A DNA stretch of 64,000 nt from the NCBI GenBank assembly GCA_964562175.1, contig CAZLRV010000001.1, positions 50,181-114,180 on the forward strand, read 5' to 3'. The notes beneath the pieces were generated by a model. It was not told the DNA's origin, ran no database searches, and was given only the letters and a program-made list of their open reading frames with translations. Shown here one piece after another: positions 9,707-19,417 of the stretch (position 1 is its first letter; each line of letters opens with the position of its first letter). A program made the translations under genes and the position numbers. This DNA comes from an uncultured Lachnospiraceae bacterium. Its GTDB lineage: Bacteria > Bacillota > Clostridia > Oscillospirales > CAG-272.

Positions 9707-11152
9707 ATGACAGAAAAGAATTACACGCTTTTATGCGATTTTTACGAGCTTACGATGGGAAACGGATATTTTCAGAGCGGTATGGCAGACAGAATATCCT
9801 ATTTCGACGTTTTTTTCAGACGAGTTCCCGACGGCGGCGGCTTTGCCATAGCGGCAGGTCTTGAGCAGGTCATAGACTATATTAAAAACCTGCATTTCAG
9901 CCGTGAGGATATTGAATTTTTACGCTCGAAAAAAATATTTTCCGAGGAATACCTCGCCTATCTGAGTGATTTCAAATTCACGGGCGATATTTGGGCGCTT
10001 CCGGAGGGTACGCCGGTATTTCCCCGTGAGCCTATGATGACCGTGCGTGCCAAAACGACCGAAGCTCAGCTTATCGAAACATTTTTGCTTCTGTCGCTCA
10101 ATCACCAGTCGCTCATTGCCACAAAATCGCACAGAATAGTCCGTGCGGCAGGCGGCAGACCGGTAGCCGAATTCGGTTCAAGACGCGCTCAGGGTGCCGA
10201 CGGTGCGATTCTCGGTGCAAGAGCCGCATATATTGCCGGCGTATCGAGCAGTGCGTGTGCAATAGCCGACCGTGATTACGGCGTACCGGCAAGCGGTACT
10301 ATGGCGCACTCGTGGGTGCAAATGTTTGATACGGAATACGAGGCGTTTGAAACGTATTGCCGTCTTTACCCGAGTGCGGCAACATTGCTCGTCGATACTT
10401 ACAATGTTTTGAAGAGCGGAATTCCGAATGCGATAAAGGCTTTTGACAAATGCTTCGGCAGTGACAGACGTGATGTCAACCTCGGAATACGTCTTGACAG
10501 CGGCGATATTGCCTATCTGTCACGCAAGGCAAGAAAAATGCTTGATGAAGCCGGTTATCCGCATTGCAAGATAATCGTGTCAAATTCGCTTGACGAGTAT
10601 TTGATAAGAGATCTGTTGAATCAAGGTGCTTGCATAGACGGCTTCGGTGTGGGAGAACGTCTCATAACCTCAAAAAGCGAGCCTGTTTTCGGCGGCGTAT
10701 ATAAGCTTGCCGCAGTTGAAGACGATAAGGGCAACATCATACCGAAGATAAAGATAAGCGAAAACCCCGAAAAGATAACAACGCCGCATTTCAAGACCGT
10801 ATACCGACTTTTCGAAAAAAGCACGGGCAAGGCGGCGGCGGATCTTATGTGTCTGTACGACGAGGAGATAGACGAAACAAAGCCGCTTGAAATATTTGAC
10901 CCCGATTTCACATGGAAGCGTAAAACGCTTACCGATTTCACGGCGAAAAAGCTGCTTGTTCCCATCTTTATCGGCGGTAAATGCGTATATACCTCACCCG
11001 ACATAGAGCAGATACGCAAATATTGCAAGGAACAGACCGATACGCTTTGGGATGAGGTGACCCGTTTTGAAAATCCTCACAACTATTACGTCGATCTGTC
11101 CCAAAAGCTTTGGGATATAAAGCACTCCCTGCTCGGCAAAAACGGCAAATAA
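9707..11152 (+). CDS. pncB: Nicotinate phosphoribosyltransferase
   Basis: LLCDFYELTM, EFGSRRAQG, GTMAHSWVQ, LVDTY, IRLDSGD motifs. Confidence 0.95.
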   Translation: MTEKNYTLLCDFYELTMGNGYFQSGMADRISYFDVFFRRVPDGGGFAIAAGLEQVIDYIKNLHFSREDIEFLRSKKIFSEEYLAYLSDFKFTGDIWALPEGTPVFPREPMMTVRAKTTEAQLIETFLLLSLNHQSLIATKSHRIVRAAGGRPVAEFGSRRAQGADGAILGARAAYIAGVSSSACAIADRDYGVPASGTMAHSWVQMFDTEYEAFETYCRLYPSAATLLVDTYNVLKSGIPNAIKAFDKCFGSDRRDVNLGIRLDSGDIAYLSRKARKMLDEAGYPHCKIIVSNSLDEYLIRDLLNQGACIDGFGVGERLITSKSEPVFGGVYKLAAVEDDKGNIIPKIKISENPEKITTPHFKTVYRLFEKSTGKAAADLMCLYDEEIDETKPLEIFDPDFTWKRKTLTDFTAKKLLVPIFIGGKCVYTSPDIEQIRKYCKEQTDTLWDEVTRFENPHNYYVDLSQKLWDIKHSLLGKNGK

Positions 11153-11187
11153 AAAGAACCGCCCGCAGGCGGCTCTCCGAGCCGTTG

Positions 11188-11763
11188 TCACTTCAGCAAC
11201 GGATAATGGCAAAAGGGGCATTCGTCCTCATCGGAGGATAGATAATTGCCGCATACGGAGCATATTATTTTATCGTCCCCGCTTTTATCCTCTTTTTCGA
11301 AAAGCACAAGTCCCGAATAGTGGCGTACTCTGTCGCCCGGCTTGTAAAAGTCGGGCGGCACGCCGTCGAATTTCATTGTGTGCATCTGCACGTTGCCGTC
11401 CGATTCCAATATATACATTTCTATAAGAGTTATCTGCTTGCCGAAATTTACCATCTGGGTATGTGCCGCTTTCGTTTCATCGACGGCTTTTTCCTTAAGC
11501 TCGACCACCTCGCCCTCGATATATCTGTCGGCAAACAGCTTATAAACGCCGAGCGGTTTTATACCGGCGAGCGATATCACGCCGAAAAATATCATACCCG
11601 TGGCAGGTGTCGCATACTTGCTTGAGTTTCCCCACAGATACCCGAAAAGCAAACACACGGCAACGAAAAGCACGAAGATCAAGAGGGTACGTATGCGTTT
11701 TACAGCCACATATCTGCGAATGGGAGAAAATTTGTCATCTGTTTTATAATTACAAAATGCCAT
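11188..11763 (-). CDS. Hypothetical membrane protein with C-terminal double zinc ribbon
   Basis: Two N-terminal TM segments; CSVCG...CPFCH. Confidence 0.7.
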   Translation of the reverse strand: MAFCNYKTDDKFSPIRRYVAVKRIRTLLIFVLFVAVCLLFGYLWGNSSKYATPATGMIFFGVISLAGIKPLGVYKLFADRYIEGEVVELKEKAVDETKAAHTQMVNFGKQITLIEMYILESDGNVQMHTMKFDGVPPDFYKPGDRVRHYSGLVLFEKEDKSGDDKIICSVCGNYLSSDEDECPFCHYPLLK

Positions 11764-11851
11764 TTTTTTCCTCTATTTCTTTAATTATCATGATTATAAC
11801 ATATGCATCGGCTTTTGTCAAGGCTTTTAAGCATTATTTCGGAGTAACGAT

Positions 11852-12433
11852 TTGAACAAAGATATTCTTACCAAGCACTTCAAAAAAATACCGACATTGC
11901 AAACACCTCGCTTGACGCTTCGCCGCATCAAGCTCTCGGATGTCGAGGATATGTACGAGTATTCGCACCTTGCCTCGGTGACCGAGTATTTGACCTGGTA
12001 CGAGCATCCGGATATGCTGTACACTCACCGATATTTGGAGCTTATACGCAAGCAATATTCGCACGGAGAGTTTTTCGATTGGGCACTTGTGCTTAAGGAC
12101 GGCGGAAAAATGATCGGCACCTGCGGCTTTACCTCGTTCGATCTGCCGAACAATTCGGCAGAGGTCGGCTATGTCTTAAATCCCGAATATCACGGTTGCG
12201 GCTACGCCACGGAGGCGTTGCGTTGCGTGCTTGAACATGGCTTTATGGCACTTAATCTTCACCGTATACAGGCACGTTTTATCGACGGCAACGAGCCGAG
12301 CCGCCGAGTTATGGAGCGATGCGGAATGCGTCTTGAGGGCACCTCTCCCTCATCCATGTATATAAAAGAGGAATATAAAACGATTCACACCTACGCAATG
12401 CTGTCCGATGAATATATAAAGAAATATTTATAA
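11852..12433 (+). CDS. GNAT N-acetyltransferase (RimJ/RimL family)
   Basis: LQTPRLTLR, AEVGYVLNPEYHGCGYATEA, NEPSRRVMERCGM. Confidence 0.9.
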   Translation: MNKDILTKHFKKIPTLQTPRLTLRRIKLSDVEDMYEYSHLASVTEYLTWYEHPDMLYTHRYLELIRKQYSHGEFFDWALVLKDGGKMIGTCGFTSFDLPNNSAEVGYVLNPEYHGCGYATEALRCVLEHGFMALNLHRIQARFIDGNEPSRRVMERCGMRLEGTSPSSMYIKEEYKTIHTYAMLSDEYIKKYL

Positions 12434-12567
12434 CACAAAAGCATTGTCTGTTATAAACGCACATATTTTGAAATTATTTTTGTGGTACTTATCAATTGAC
12501 TTGCGCCCTCGGTCGTGCTACAATAAACGTATTAAAGAAAAGGTACGGGTAAACCCGTTTTAATGAG

Positions 12568-13719
12568 ATGAAAAAAGCTTTTTCCATCGCACCTCGTTTG
12601 TCTGCTCTGTTCTTTTTCGGCTGTCTGTGTATTCTTCTCTCCCTCACCTCGCACGGGGCGGGTGAGGAGGATTATATCGTTGAAACAGAGGGCGGCGGGG
12701 CGTATATAACCGCATATATCGGTTCGTCCGAGAAAGTCGTTATCCCCGATTCGTTTTCATCATTCCCCACGCTTGGTATTCGTCCCGAGGGGTTTAAGGG
12801 CTGTGATATTACAAGTGTCACACTGCCTGCCGGTGTCGAATATGTGGGTGATGAGGCTTTTGCCGAATGCACTCGTCTTGCCTCGGTGACCTTCGGCGGC
12901 GATACGCTCACGCTCGGCAAGGGGGCATTCAGAGCCTGCACCTCGCTTTGCGACATATCGCTTCCGACAATCGATGTCATTGACGATTTTACTTTTTTCG
13001 GTTGCTCGTCCCTGTCGGAGATAAATATACCGGAGGGTGTCGGCTCGATAGGTCTACGTGCCTTTTACGGCTGTGCATTGAAAAAAGTCATGCTTCCGTC
13101 AACGCTTGATCATATAGGCGAATACGCTTTTATGAGCTGTACGGAGCTGAGTGATATAAAGATAAGCGAAAAGAATTATACATACTCCGCATATTCCTCA
13201 CTCATAGTTTCAAACGGTGCGGCGGTATATCTGCCCGAGGGAGTACACGGCGATTACTCGATAAGAGCCAACATTATAAGCATCGGCAGGGCGGCGTTCT
13301 TTCAAAGCTCGATATCGTCCCTCACGGTAACGGACGGTATCAAACAGATATGCGACAGAGCCTTTTATTCATCTTCTGTTACCACGCTGAGAGTTACCGA
13401 TGCGGTGGACTCTATAGGCTATGATGCGTTTTCCGAATGCAACGACCTAACACTTTACTGCATTGAGAACAGTGAGTGCCATAATTACGCACTCGGAAAC
13501 GGTATTCCCTACAGCCTTGTATCTACGATATATCAAAAGGGCGATGCGGACGGTGACGGAGTTATATCCATGCTCGATATATTGACCCTCGACTCATATC
13601 TCACCGGCACCACAGCGTACTTGAAAGCCGATTGTGATATGAACGGCGACGGAGTGATAGACGACGAGGATGTCAAAAAAGTATTTGAAATCATAAAAAA
13701 AATCAATAATGCCACTTGA
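12568..13719 (+). CDS. Secreted BspA-type leucine-rich-repeat protein with C-terminal dockerin
   Basis: Signal peptide; repeated IGxxAFxxCxxL units; duplicated Ca-binding loops GDADGDGVISMLD and DMNGDGVIDDED. Confidence 0.85.
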   Translation: MKKAFSIAPRLSALFFFGCLCILLSLTSHGAGEEDYIVETEGGGAYITAYIGSSEKVVIPDSFSSFPTLGIRPEGFKGCDITSVTLPAGVEYVGDEAFAECTRLASVTFGGDTLTLGKGAFRACTSLCDISLPTIDVIDDFTFFGCSSLSEINIPEGVGSIGLRAFYGCALKKVMLPSTLDHIGEYAFMSCTELSDIKISEKNYTYSAYSSLIVSNGAAVYLPEGVHGDYSIRANIISIGRAAFFQSSISSLTVTDGIKQICDRAFYSSSVTTLRVTDAVDSIGYDAFSECNDLTLYCIENSECHNYALGNGIPYSLVSTIYQKGDADGDGVISMLDILTLDSYLTGTTAYLKADCDMNGDGVIDDEDVKKVFEIIKKINNAT

Positions 13720-13744
13720 CAACGGTTATAATGTGTGGTATAAT
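13716..13744 (+). promoter_or_regulatory. SigA promoter upstream of the TPP riboswitch
   Basis: TTGACA-N17-TATAAT with TG extension. Confidence 0.8.
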
Positions 13745-13756
13745 TGCGATAGTATA

Positions 13757-13840
13757 AGAATAGGGGAGCTTTATGGCTGAGAGGAAGCACACGCTTCGAC
13801 CCGTAACCTGATTCGGATAATGCCGACGTAGGTGTATTTT
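13757..13840 (+). ncRNA. TPP riboswitch
   Basis: AGGGGAGC...GCTGAGAG...GACCCGTAACCTGATTCGGATAATGCCGACGTAGG matches the TPP aptamer consensus; lies upstream of thiT. Confidence 0.95.
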
Positions 13841-13864
13841 TGTTAGCATAAGTACGTTTTTCCT

Positions 13865-13896
13865 GCGGAGACCATTTTCGGCCTCCGCTTTTTCTT
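13865..13896 (+). terminator. Riboswitch expression-platform terminator
   Basis: GCGGAG...CTCCGC hairpin followed by TTTTTCTT before the thiT RBS. Confidence 0.8.
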
Positions 13897-13926
13897 ATAC
13901 GAGTAAATTAAAGAAAGGTGATCATC

Positions 13927-14565
13927 ATGAAGTATGAATCACGCCGACTTGCCGAGAGCGGAATACTACTCGCTCTGGCGGTCATTCTCTCGTTTCTTGT
14001 CATCTTCGAATTTCCCTGGGGCGGAAGTATAACCGTATTGAGTATGCTTCCGCTCATCATTCTCTCGTACCGTCACGGTGTTAAATGGGGGCTTTTCTGC
14101 GGTCTTGTATACAGCGTACTGCAAATGCTTACGGGTATCAAGACAATATCGCAGTTTGCCCTGCCGGGGGAGAGCCAAATGATATGGTACAAGCTTATCA
14201 TAATGTGTCTGTTAGACTACGTTATAGCCTATACCTGCCTTGGCTTCGGCGGACTTTTCCGCAAGAAAAAACCCACTGTGGCATTGCTTTTAGGCTCGCT
14301 CACCGCTTGCTCCTTGAGATATCTTTCACACCTTTTGTCGGGCGCGATATTCTTCGGCAGCTATGCAGAATGGTTCTTTACCGAGGTTTTCCCGTCAAGT
14401 ACGGTGCTTAACACGTTTTCGGGCTTCCCTCTTGCATTCCTCTATTCGGTATGCTATAACGGTTGTTATATGCTGCCGGAGATAATACTTACCTCCATTG
14501 TGGCGTTTGCCGTCGGCAAATTCCCCGCAATAAAAGAAAAATGCCTCGATATACCGACAGAGTGA
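13927..14565 (+). CDS. thiT: Energy-coupled thiamine transporter S component
   Basis: LAESGILLALAVILS, PWGGSIT, LDYVIAY, YSVCYNG motifs; TPP riboswitch upstream. Confidence 0.9.
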   Translation: MKYESRRLAESGILLALAVILSFLVIFEFPWGGSITVLSMLPLIILSYRHGVKWGLFCGLVYSVLQMLTGIKTISQFALPGESQMIWYKLIIMCLLDYVIAYTCLGFGGLFRKKKPTVALLLGSLTACSLRYLSHLLSGAIFFGSYAEWFFTEVFPSSTVLNTFSGFPLAFLYSVCYNGCYMLPEIILTSIVAFAVGKFPAIKEKCLDIPTE

Positions 14566-14643
14566 TACACTCACCTGCGGCGTAAAAATACCCCGACGGT
14601 GCTTGAAAAAGCCCATCGGGGTTCATCTTTTTAACAGTTAAGT

Positions 14644-16212
14644 TTATTTGACCTCGTCTATGCCCGCTTTTACCGCTTCAAAGTCCGCCTCTATCTCCGC
14701 CGAGGGTGCGGGAGTGAGTAATGATACAACAACTATGCAGATGCTTGAGAATATGAATGCCGGCAACAGCTCGTATATCTTAAATACGCCGCCCAAGGGA
14801 TTGAATGCGAATTTCCAAAGGAATACCATTGCCGCACCGCCTACCATACCGGCAACAGCGCCGCTGCGTGTCGTGCGTTTCCAGAAGAGTGAGAACAGCA
14901 TAAGCGGTCCGAATGTAGCACCGAAGCCCGCCCATGCGAACGAAACTATGGAGAATATAATGCTATTTTCGTCAAGTGCCAAGAGCATGGCTATTATCGC
15001 TATTACAAATAGCGTTATTCTCGACATTCTCATGACCTCTTTGTCTGTGGCCTTTTTCTTCATTACGCCCTGATAGATATTCTTGGAGAAAGCACTTGCC
15101 GCAATAAGCAAGTACGAATCGGACGAGCTTATCGTTGCCGCAAGTATACCTGCCATTACAAAGCCGGCTATTATCGGCGGGAAATAGCTTTTCGAGAGTG
15201 TTATGAATATATTTTCCGCAGCCGATTTTGTTAAATGCTCTGTCGGGAACAGCTGTCTGCCCACTATACCGATAAACACGGCAACGGCAAGCGATATTAC
15301 GACCCAAACCATGGCGATACGTCTTGAACGCTTAAGCTCGTCCTCTTTACGTATAGCCATAAATCTCAACAATACTTGGGGCATTCCGAAATATCCCAGA
15401 CCCCACGCAAGCATGGAAAATACCGAAAGCAGACCGTAGGGGAGCTTTTCGCCGAATTGAGGCACTCCGGCTTCAACCATCTGTGTGACCCCGTCGGCAT
15501 CAAGCGCAGGATTCGCCATTCCGAAAAATTCAAGAAAGCCGGGGATGCTCTTTGCGTTCTCTATTACCTGTCCCAATCCTCCCGCTTTTACCGTACTTAC
15601 GATAACAATAACGGAAAGTGCGACTATCATAACTATGCTCTGCATAAAGTCGGATGCGCTCTCTGCAAGAAAGCCGCCCAAGAAGATATACGCAAGCACG
15701 AATATTGCACCTATGACCATCATCAACTTATAATCCAAGCCGAACAGATTAGCAAAAAGCTTGCCGCAGGTAACAAAACAGCTTGATGCATACGCCGTAA
15801 AAAAGATAAGTATGAAAGCGGCGGATAGAACGAGTATCACCTTTTTCTTCTCGCGAAATCTGTTCGAGAAAAATTCGGGAAGCGTTATTGAGTTGGCTTT
15901 GATACTGTAGCGGCGAAGTCTTTTTGAAACTATAAGCCAGTTTATGTAAGTTCCGACGGCAAGACCGATAGCCGTCCATGCCGCATCGGCAAGACCGCAC
16001 CAATATGCCACGCCGGGCAGACCCATAAGCAACCAACCGCTCATGTCCGAGGCTTCCGCACTCATTGCCGTCACCCACGGTCCGAGGGAACGACCGCCGA
16101 GAAAATAATCCTCCGAGCTTTTGTTTGCTCTTTTTGCAAAAATTACGCCGATAGCAACGACCACCGCCATATAGATGATCATGGCCAGAAGCATTTGTGT
16201 TTTTTCGTCCAT
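14644..16212 (-). CDS. putP: Sodium/proline symporter (SSS family)
   Basis: DYFLGGRSLGPWVTAMSAEASDMSGWLLMGLPG; WGLGYFGMPQVLLRFMA. Confidence 0.9.
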   Translation of the reverse strand: MDEKTQMLLAMIIYMAVVVAIGVIFAKRANKSSEDYFLGGRSLGPWVTAMSAEASDMSGWLLMGLPGVAYWCGLADAAWTAIGLAVGTYINWLIVSKRLRRYSIKANSITLPEFFSNRFREKKKVILVLSAAFILIFFTAYASSCFVTCGKLFANLFGLDYKLMMVIGAIFVLAYIFLGGFLAESASDFMQSIVMIVALSVIVIVSTVKAGGLGQVIENAKSIPGFLEFFGMANPALDADGVTQMVEAGVPQFGEKLPYGLLSVFSMLAWGLGYFGMPQVLLRFMAIRKEDELKRSRRIAMVWVVISLAVAVFIGIVGRQLFPTEHLTKSAAENIFITLSKSYFPPIIAGFVMAGILAATISSSDSYLLIAASAFSKNIYQGVMKKKATDKEVMRMSRITLFVIAIIAMLLALDENSIIFSIVSFAWAGFGATFGPLMLFSLFWKRTTRSGAVAGMVGGAAMVFLWKFAFNPLGGVFKIYELLPAFIFSSICIVVVSLLTPAPSAEIEADFEAVKAGIDEVK

Positions 16213-16448
16213 TATTCTGTCCTTTCAAGTGAAAATATAATTTATTCTACCATAAAGTCATTCGTTTGTCAATATAAATAAACCGATTTTTTGCAAAATA
16301 ATGCAAGATTGCACGAAAAATCTTTCATTTATTTCGTTGCGTGTGCTTTTTTGCGTGAGTTTTTATTCAAAATTATTTGTATGCTATTGACATAAATAAA
16401 AAAATGTTGTATAATTGAGGGTGAAGATATTTGTATAACGGTAAACAA

Positions 16449-18686
16449 ATGAAACGCAAAAACACTCTTTTACGTTCTCAGCTTGCTTTGATGAAGCCAT
16501 TTCTCGAAGGCTCGACGATATCTGCGGCAAGGCTTGGGCAGGATGCAATAGGCAAGCTGCTCGTTTTGACTCACAAAAGCGATGTGACAACTCAACAATT
16601 TAATATCGGCACGATGAGCTGTGCCCTGATCTCGCCGAAGGACGAGCTGTCCGACGGCATAATACTGTATCTGCACGGCGGCGGCTTTATCACGGGCAAC
16701 CTCGATTACGCCAAGGGCTTCGGCACCGTTCTGTGTGCCGAATGCGGTATACGTGTTTTATGCATTTCGTACCGTCTTGCACCCGAGGCACCGTACCCCG
16801 CCGCACTTGACGATTGCGAGGCTGCGTACCGTTATCTGCTTTCAAACGGATATTCGCCCGACAGAATAATTCTGTGCGGCGAGAGCGCCGGCGGCGGTCT
16901 TTGCTATTCGCTATGTCTGCGCTTGCGTGAAAAAGGTCATACCCGACCTGCGGGCATAATAGCCGTTTCTCCTTGGACGGATCTCACCTTAAGCTCGGAG
17001 TCATATAAGGAAAACGAGCATAACGACCCGTCCATGTCAACGACACGCTTAAAATATTTCGCCGATTGCTACGTTTACGGCGGCGAGGGCGAGGGCAAGC
17101 ACACCTATCCAAAGACAAATAACGACCACGTGTCCGATACGCAGATCAAGTCCGACCCGTTTATATCGCCGCTTTTCGCCTCCTGCGATAAGCTGCCTCC
17201 GTCGCTTATATTCGTGGGCGGTGACGAGATAATGCTCGGCGATTCGGTCAATATGCATAAAAAGCTGTGCGAGGCTCACCGTGTGAGCGAGCTTGTCGTG
17301 ACGCCGCATATGTGGCACGGGTACGTTCTTTACTGCCTTAAGGAGAATAGACGCGATTTCGACAAAATCAGACGGTTTATCAAGACAAACATTCCTCATC
17401 AAAAAAAGCTGCGATGGATGTCGCTCGACAATGCGGCGAAAATATTTCCTGCGGCACGCCGCAGGAATTGGAGCAACGTATTCAGGCTTTCCGCCGTGCT
17501 GTGTGAGCCTGTTGACACAGATGTGCTTCAAGCCTCGCTCGATGTTACCGTAAGACGCTTTCCGTCGATAGCGGTGCGTGTGAAAACGGGTTTTTTCTGG
17601 TACTATTTGGAGGAAATACCGCACTCGCCTAAAATTGCGGAGGAAAAGCCGTATCCGCTTTCCCGAATGCCGTTTGACGATATCAGAAAATGCGCATTTC
17701 GCGTTATCGTTTACAAAAAGCGCATTGCGGTGGAATTTTTCCACGCTCTGACCGACGGCAACGGCGGCTTGATATTTCTGAAAACTCTCGTATCCGAGTA
17801 TCTGCTTCAAAAATACGGTGTAAACGTCCCTGTGGGCAACGGTGTTTTGGATCGTCTTGAGGAGCCGAGTCGTGAGGAGCTTGAGGACAGCTTTTTAAAG
17901 TATTCCGGCAAGATACCCGCCTCACGTTCGGACACCGATGCATTCAAAATAACCGGCGTACGTGATGTGGACGGCTTCAAAACGAATACGACATTTATAT
18001 TCGACGCAAACGAGGTTGTTGCCCGTGCAAAAGGCAAGGGCGTGACCGTCACCGCATATCTCGCCTCAGCGCTTATGCTTGCCACCGATTGCATACAACG
18101 CAACAAAGTCAAAAACCGCAAAAAATACAAGCGTATCAAGGTTTTAATACCCGTAAATCTGCGAAAAATGTTCCCCTCCGTCACACTCCGCAACTTTGTC
18201 TTATACGCAACGCCCGGAATAGACCCGAGGCTGGGCGAATACGAGTTTGACGAAATATGCGATATCGTGCAACACCAAATGGCACTGCAAATAAGCAAAA
18301 AAAATATGGAATCGATGATAGCGGCAAACGTAAACAGCGAAAGATCGTTTTTCATAAAGATAGTGCCGTTGTTTTTGAAAAACATCGTCATGAAAAGCAT
18401 ATTTAACGCCGTCGGCGAAAAAAAGTCATGCTTTTCCTTCTCCAACCTCGGTGTGGTAAAGCTGCCGGATGAATTTGAGTCCATGGTGGAGCGGCTCGAT
18501 TTCGTTTTAGGCTCACAGGCGGCGGCACCGTATAACACCTCGGCTCTGACGTACAAGGGACGGCTCTATCTTAATATCATCAGAAACATAAACGAGCCGA
18601 TACTTGAAGCAAGTCTTTTCAAGGTCTTAAAGCAGCTCGGTCTCGGCTTCATCGTCGAGAGCAACACGAGAGGGGATGGAAAATAA
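16449..18686 (+). CDS. Fusion of an HSL-family alpha/beta esterase and a CoA-dependent acyltransferase (alcohol acetyltransferase/condensation-like) domain
   Basis: N-half HGGGF, GESAGG nucleophile elbow, GGDE and MWHGY; C-half LDNAAKIF and FFHALTDGNGG (HxxxDG). Confidence 0.85.
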   Translation: MKRKNTLLRSQLALMKPFLEGSTISAARLGQDAIGKLLVLTHKSDVTTQQFNIGTMSCALISPKDELSDGIILYLHGGGFITGNLDYAKGFGTVLCAECGIRVLCISYRLAPEAPYPAALDDCEAAYRYLLSNGYSPDRIILCGESAGGGLCYSLCLRLREKGHTRPAGIIAVSPWTDLTLSSESYKENEHNDPSMSTTRLKYFADCYVYGGEGEGKHTYPKTNNDHVSDTQIKSDPFISPLFASCDKLPPSLIFVGGDEIMLGDSVNMHKKLCEAHRVSELVVTPHMWHGYVLYCLKENRRDFDKIRRFIKTNIPHQKKLRWMSLDNAAKIFPAARRRNWSNVFRLSAVLCEPVDTDVLQASLDVTVRRFPSIAVRVKTGFFWYYLEEIPHSPKIAEEKPYPLSRMPFDDIRKCAFRVIVYKKRIAVEFFHALTDGNGGLIFLKTLVSEYLLQKYGVNVPVGNGVLDRLEEPSREELEDSFLKYSGKIPASRSDTDAFKITGVRDVDGFKTNTTFIFDANEVVARAKGKGVTVTAYLASALMLATDCIQRNKVKNRKKYKRIKVLIPVNLRKMFPSVTLRNFVLYATPGIDPRLGEYEFDEICDIVQHQMALQISKKNMESMIAANVNSERSFFIKIVPLFLKNIVMKSIFNAVGEKKSCFSFSNLGVVKLPDEFESMVERLDFVLGSQAAAPYNTSALTYKGRLYLNIIRNINEPILEASLFKVLKQLGLGFIVESNTRGDGK

Positions 18687-19379
18687 ATGTTTTGCATAAA
18701 ATGCGGTGCGGAGCTTTCAAAGGGTCAGGGCATTTGTCCTATCTGCTCAACCCGAGTATATCATTCGGATATACCGTATGAGGAAGAAAGCACGTACCCG
18801 AAAAAGGAATTCGTTTCCGAGGAATTCAATCGACGCGGACTCATGTTTATAATATCGGTGCTGTTTTTGCTTGTGTTCATTCTGCCGCCGACACTTGAAT
18901 TTGCGATAACAAGAACGATAGCGTGGTCGGGGTACGCCTCCGGCGGTGTGCTTTTGGGATATATATTCTTCCTGCTTCCGCTGTGGTTCAGAGCGCCGAA
19001 TCCCGTTATATTCGTGCCAAGCGATTTTTGTGCCGCATTGGTATATCTGCTTTACATCTGCTTGCATACGCACGGCTCGTGGTTTTTGGGCTTCGCCTTT
19101 CCCGTGGCAGGCTCGCTCGGGGTGATAATATCCGCACTTGTTGCCCTGCTCAAATACGTTAAACGCGGCAAGCTGTATATGTTCGGCGGTACATTCATCG
19201 CACTCGGTGCGTGGACCGTGCTTATCGAGCTTTTGATCCACATAACCTTTGACGGTAAAATAACCATGTGGTCTCTCTGTACGCTTCTGACATTGCTTCT
19301 TCTCGGAATGATGCTCATCGTCATAGCAATAGTAAAACCGCTCAGGGAATCGCTTAAAAAGAAATTTTTCATTTCATAA
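18687..19379 (+). CDS. Zinc-ribbon multi-pass membrane protein (DUF6320-like)
   Basis: MFCIKCG...CPICS followed by about six TM segments; starts immediately after the fusion gene stop. Confidence 0.75.
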   Translation: MFCIKCGAELSKGQGICPICSTRVYHSDIPYEEESTYPKKEFVSEEFNRRGLMFIISVLFLLVFILPPTLEFAITRTIAWSGYASGGVLLGYIFFLLPLWFRAPNPVIFVPSDFCAALVYLLYICLHTHGSWFLGFAFPVAGSLGVIISALVALLKYVKRGKLYMFGGTFIALGAWTVLIELLIHITFDGKITMWSLCTLLTLLLLGMMLIVIAIVKPLRESLKKKFFIS

Positions 19380-19417
19380 ACAACGATTATTTAATCATCG
19401 AAATTTCGGAGGGTAAT

